Positions 17,214-20,813 of a DNA stretch of 20,813 nucleotides are shown one piece after another. Where the stretch lies: NCBI GenBank assembly GCA_044236265.1, contig JBIIGV010000048.1:1-20813 (forward strand). Reading direction: 5' to 3'. The notes beneath the pieces were generated by a model. That model saw only the letters and a list, made by a program, of their open reading frames with translations, was not told the origin of the DNA and ran no database searches. This stretch comes from Oligoflexales bacterium. Its GTDB lineage: Bacteria > Bdellovibrionota_B > Oligoflexia > Oligoflexales > RGVZ01. Numbering within the stretch: the stretch's first letter is position 1; each line of letters starts with the position of its first letter. Position numbers and translations under genes: made by a program.

Positions 17214-17882
17214 ATGACATCGCTAAGTCCATCAAGAAAAAAAACAACAAAAAAAACCGTAAAAAAAGTTTCTAAGAAGCCAGCAGCAAAGAAAGCTGTA
17301 AAAAAACCTGTTAAAAAAGCAGTTGGCACAAAGTCAACATCCAAGAGAGTCACAGTTAAAAAGACGGTTTCAAAGAAAACCCCAAAACTCAAATCTTCCG
17401 GTAGCAAGGTTCTTCAGGGAATGCCCGCAGTCGGTCAATTGGCACCTGCTTTTGCTTTAAAGTCCGATACGAGCGGAGTGGTCAGCCTGTCAAAGTTTCG
17501 CGGCAAGAACGTTGTGCTTTACTTCTATCCTAAAGATGACACGCCAGGATGCACCGTTGAGGCCTGTTCCTTCCAAGAAAATAAAAACAAGCTGATGAAT
17601 GCTGGTGCCGTTGTCATTGGCGTAAGTCCTGACTCTATTGAAAGTCATGCTAAGTTTCGCAAAAAATACGGCCTAGATTTTATCCTTGTGGCTGATGAAG
17701 ATCACAAAGTTGCTGAGGCATATGGCGTCTGGGTCGAGAAAAACATGTACGGAAAAAAGAAGATGGGAATTCAACGAGCAACTTTTTTGATCGATCCGTC
17801 GGGACGTGTGGCTTATGTTTGGCCTAAGGTTTCAGTTGAAGGCCACACCGAGGCGGTTTTGGGTGAATTAAGAAACCTATGA
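17214..17882 (+). CDS. bcp: Thioredoxin-dependent peroxiredoxin Bcp/PrxQ with an N-terminal lysine-rich extension
   Basis: VVLYFYPKDDTPGCTVEAC, GVSPD, YGVWVEKNMYGKK and RATFLID. A GGAG SD precedes ATG 17214. Confidence 0.95.
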   Translation: MTSLSPSRKKTTKKTVKKVSKKPAAKKAVKKPVKKAVGTKSTSKRVTVKKTVSKKTPKLKSSGSKVLQGMPAVGQLAPAFALKSDTSGVVSLSKFRGKNVVLYFYPKDDTPGCTVEACSFQENKNKLMNAGAVVIGVSPDSIESHAKFRKKYGLDFILVADEDHKVAEAYGVWVEKNMYGKKKMGIQRATFLIDPSGRVAYVWPKVSVEGHTEAVLGELRNL

Positions 17883-18874
17883 TTGGTTGCAAATATACTC
17901 TATTGCGACATGCGCTTCTGATTGCGGTACTAGCGACTCTTTGTGATTGCCGTTCTACTGCCGTAATCAGGAGTGAGGTTTTAACTGACCTCGGAGCTGA
18001 TAATGATGCCGTGGCCAGTCGATTTGAAGCTTATAAATACAAGAAAAAGCATTGTCATTTTGATAGTCCTACGAAATCTGATTACAGGGTTATGTTGACT
18101 GGATTTGGCCCATTTAGCGGCGTCGAATTCAACACGTCCAGTCTTGTGGCCATGAATTTTGCTGACAGATTCAATCAATCGCAGTCGGGATTGATATCGC
18201 CTATCATTAGCAAAGACGATGCAGACGGAATCACTCGTCAGGACGTCGTTACTATTGGTGGCCTTCGGGTTGAGGTTTGCGCGGTTTCGGCTTCGGTCAT
18301 TTGGGATCTCGCTGCGGCTATCTACCTCCATGAAGCTCAGTTGTTTCGTCCAAACCTTATTATTATGGCAGGAATGGATGGCCGCGAGCATGAGATGGGG
18401 ACATGGGAGCATCATGCCGTCAACATTGCTATGCCGTCCCATGGGTACGAGGCGGATGGTTCTCAGAGCTCGGTAACCCCAGTCTCTGGAAGTCAAACTA
18501 GTGAAGCAGAGATTTTGAAAGACGGTCCCGCTGTTCTTAAGATGACATGGAATGCGACCAAACTGGTTGAGGCCACTCAATCCATAATTCGCAAGGAAAT
18601 GCCAGGTTTTGACGTGCGGACATCGGACGAGGAGACCCCTGGTAAGTATCTTTGCAATAATGTGAGCTACCTGGTGTTGGCGGGACTTCGAGGAGTGCCA
18701 CTGGTTCTAGCTGGTGATCGAATTAAAATGCAGATTTCGGGACTGGATTTCACTAGGGCTGGATTTTTCCATTATCCTTGGAGTTCAAAACAGGATTTGC
18801 AGGCAGTCCACATTTGGAGTGACGTGTTGGAAGCAGCAATTCGATCGCAGATGAACCACAACTCAGTGGACTGA
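17879..18874 (+). CDS. Pyroglutamyl-peptidase I (C15) family protein with a signal peptide or lipobox
   Basis: MLTGFGPF; Glu in WEHHAVN, Cys in GKYLCN and His in GFFHYP form the triad. Hydrophobic N-terminus with Cys residues; ATGA overlap with bcp. Confidence 0.75.
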   Translation: MIGCKYTLLRHALLIAVLATLCDCRSTAVIRSEVLTDLGADNDAVASRFEAYKYKKKHCHFDSPTKSDYRVMLTGFGPFSGVEFNTSSLVAMNFADRFNQSQSGLISPIISKDDADGITRQDVVTIGGLRVEVCAVSASVIWDLAAAIYLHEAQLFRPNLIIMAGMDGREHEMGTWEHHAVNIAMPSHGYEADGSQSSVTPVSGSQTSEAEILKDGPAVLKMTWNATKLVEATQSIIRKEMPGFDVRTSDEETPGKYLCNNVSYLVLAGLRGVPLVLAGDRIKMQISGLDFTRAGFFHYPWSSKQDLQAVHIWSDVLEAAIRSQMNHNSVD

Positions 18875-18902
18875 AATCAATTACAAGGTAACAGGGCTAT
18901 AA

Positions 18903-20222
18903 TTACGTTTTTGGTGTTAGCGCGCTGTGTGCCGCATTGCGTAATTCCAGTAATTCCGGTACCGCGCGGAGCATAGCCTTCGTTGCGAGTTCAGTATATT
19001 CCTTTTCATGTTTTAGCATTTCTTGAATGGTCAAGTTTTCGTATCGAAAGCAATATGGCGGATGTCCGTCGACGAATTCATCCGTGATGCGGGGTGCTTT
19101 CCAGTTGGATTTTTTTATGTTTTCGACACAAATATCGAACTTCTTGTCTGCGACCATGAGGGATTCAAGAAATGTGGTGTAGTGGACGGCAGAAAGACCT
19201 GCTCTCAGATAAAGCTCAAAGCCCACTTCATCAGCTTGCTGTTCCATCCACTGCATCCACGGCGCATAATGATTTGGATCGTCTTTCGGATCAAGGTGTA
19301 TGCCACAGGTCGCGTCCATGGTTGGGCGAAGTTTGCTTTCAATATATTTAAAAATCGATTCGAGATTTTTTCGGTCCTGACAAATGTTCTCCGGCAGGCA
19401 GGTGGAGGTATCGGTTTTGATAAAGTTTTGGAAATTAGGAATGCTGGCCGACAGTTGATCAAAGTTTAAAATAATTGAATCCAGCATTCGCCAGGTGGAC
19501 ATAGAGTCATAGTGTGGATTTTTTATTGCGATACCAAACTGCTCATCCATCTTTGAGAAGGCCTTCGCTGCTTGCTCGTAACTGCCTTTGTCAATCTGCC
19601 CCAGGTAAGGAACAATTCGCTGCCAAAGATCATGATCTTTCATAAGGACAGAAGTGTTTTCAATGAATCCTGATCTTAAAGCATCATCAATAACGCCCGT
19701 GCGTGCACTTTCGATTTTTATTTGCCAAGTTTTCTGCGCAACCTGCCGGCGAGATAGCTCGGCTAGATCAAGGTCTTTGGGTAAGTCTGCGGCCGCGGGC
19801 TCTCTTCGTCTGTGTTGCATGGTCACGTGCGCTAGTTCGTGGGCTAGTACTGCGGCAAGTGCATCGTCCGTAGTTGGAGACATGCGAACCATCTCAGCGC
19901 GGACTGTAATCAGTCCAGTGGCGGGATCGGAGTGAGCATTAAGTCCCGCTAAGTCAGACACGACAAAACAAAATTTTGCAGGGCTGTAGTCAGCGGTAAA
20001 AGTTTCTGGATTTCTTGCCATGATCCAGTTGGCAAGCTCTTTTACGTATGTGACAGCCTCGGGATAATCAGTGCCGTCTTTACAAGGATTTAGTGGAGAC
20101 GATGGCGCAACAGCAGTTCTGCCGAAAACATGTTTGGGCTTTGATGATTGCTGGCGTGTTTTGCAAGATAATAACGCAAACAAAGCGCTACACAGCCATA
20201 TGCAAGCAGTGCGTGATTTCAT
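18903..20222 (-). CDS. M48 family zinc metalloprotease lipoprotein
   Basis: Lipobox LLSC after ATG 20222 (SD-like AAGGATGG). Motifs LNAH, LAAVLAHELAHV (HExxH), EQQADEVG and GHP. Confidence 0.85.
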   Translation of the reverse strand: MKSRTACIWLCSALFALLSCKTRQQSSKPKHVFGRTAVAPSSPLNPCKDGTDYPEAVTYVKELANWIMARNPETFTADYSPAKFCFVVSDLAGLNAHSDPATGLITVRAEMVRMSPTTDDALAAVLAHELAHVTMQHRRREPAAADLPKDLDLAELSRRQVAQKTWQIKIESARTGVIDDALRSGFIENTSVLMKDHDLWQRIVPYLGQIDKGSYEQAAKAFSKMDEQFGIAIKNPHYDSMSTWRMLDSIILNFDQLSASIPNFQNFIKTDTSTCLPENICQDRKNLESIFKYIESKLRPTMDATCGIHLDPKDDPNHYAPWMQWMEQQADEVGFELYLRAGLSAVHYTTFLESLMVADKKFDICVENIKKSNWKAPRITDEFVDGHPPYCFRYENLTIQEMLKHEKEYTELATKAMLRAVPELLELRNAAHSALTPKT

Positions 20223-20268
20223 TGATTGTCCATCCTTCAGTTTAATCCAAATGGTATCAGGCCAACTG

Positions 20269-20813
20269 TCAGATTGCACGAGTAAAACGTCGCAGCGCTT
20301 GGTTAAGGTGCTGTTCGTTTGTAGATAAATTTCCAATAATTTCAGATATTTTTTCCATCTGCTTTGGCGTGGCTCGAGGCGCAAGTTTAGGAGGAGACAT
20401 GTTAGGGTGTAGGGGTTTTGATAATGTCTCTGTTAGTTTTAAAGCCGCAGCCGTCTGCGGTAGTAAGAGGCCGATTCTGGCGAGGCGTTTCAATACTCTA
20501 AGATCAAGTCCAGATAAGATGCCAAGGCTCGTTTTGTCTGGAATTTGATGCAAATTGCGCAAATAACCTTGCCAAATGGCTAGCTTGGTTCCTATTGGAA
20601 GAGGGCGCGTTTCTTCAAATTTGTTGAATTGGTTCGGAGGCATCGTCATCCGAAGTCGCAATGGAATCGCGCCTCGGTGTGCATGAGATGACGAGTTATG
20701 GAAGCCCCCTCCATCATCGGCGTTTTCGCGTTTCAGCCAGACCTCAAGATTATTTTCAAAGCGAAGATCTTGAGCTCGCTCGGATAACTGTTCGGCTGTC
20801 GGACAAGTCCAGA
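20269..20813 (-). CDS. Hypothetical protein, C-terminal part (5' end beyond the window)
   Basis: By manual translation the frame has no stop from 20811 (WTCPTAEQLSERAQDLRFENNLEVWLKRE...) to TGA at 20269. No motif recognised. Confidence 0.7.
   Translation of the reverse strand, partial: WTCPTAEQLSERAQDLRFENNLEVWLKRENADDGGGFHNSSSHAHRGAIPLRLRMTMPPNQFNKFEETRPLPIGTKLAIWQGYLRNLHQIPDKTSLGILSGLDLRVLKRLARIGLLLPQTAAALKLTETLSKPLHPNMSPPKLAPRATPKQMEKISEIIGNLSTNEQHLNQALRRFTRAI

Noticed and set aside
17236..17400. A-rich quasi-repeats as a tandem repeat, CRISPR array or slippage tract
   Set aside because: They are explained by Lys codons of the Bcp tail; there is no repeat-spacer periodicity and the frame is intact.
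17981..18580. 199-aa antisense ORF, and similar shadows at 9138-9713, 5948-6460, 15154-15669 and 19023-19469
   Set aside because: All lie opposite well-supported genes and show no recognisable motifs.
20223..20384. N-terminal extension of the M48 ORF
   Set aside because: It overlaps the upstream gene; the lipoprotein signal begins at ATG 20222.

Overview
Gene-dense bacterial chromosomal segment with mostly housekeeping and metabolic content. The protein repertoire (STAS-zinc-ribbon protein, FWGTRGS-type MBL hydrolase, several orphan lipoproteins) suggests a Bdellovibrionota/Oligoflexia-like or related organism; this is inference, not verified. Order: 3' end of ftsY; a secreted multidomain protein with a C-type-lectin-like tail; an orphan winged-helix protein resembling lambda O/DnaD replication proteins; a SAM methyltransferase; a minus-strand run read in transcription order (MBL hydrolase, CFI-box-CTERM surface protein, DEDDh exonuclease, then liuB-atuA-liuC-liuD-like genes); a STAS-like protein; rpsP-rimM-trmD with a structured leader and no rplS; YkgJ-family and CoA-binding proteins; a Bcp peroxiredoxin with a histone-H1-like N-terminus overlapping an exported pyroglutamyl peptidase-like gene; an M48 lipoprotein protease; and a truncated unknown gene. 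I found no rRNA, tRNA, CRISPR array, transposase or integrase. Best leads: the O/DnaD-like orphan, the H1-tailed Bcp, AtuA inside a LiuB-type carboxylase operon, the rpsP leader RNA, and a TrmD lacking the GRYEG glutamate. All family assignments come from motif recognition by eye; no searches were run.
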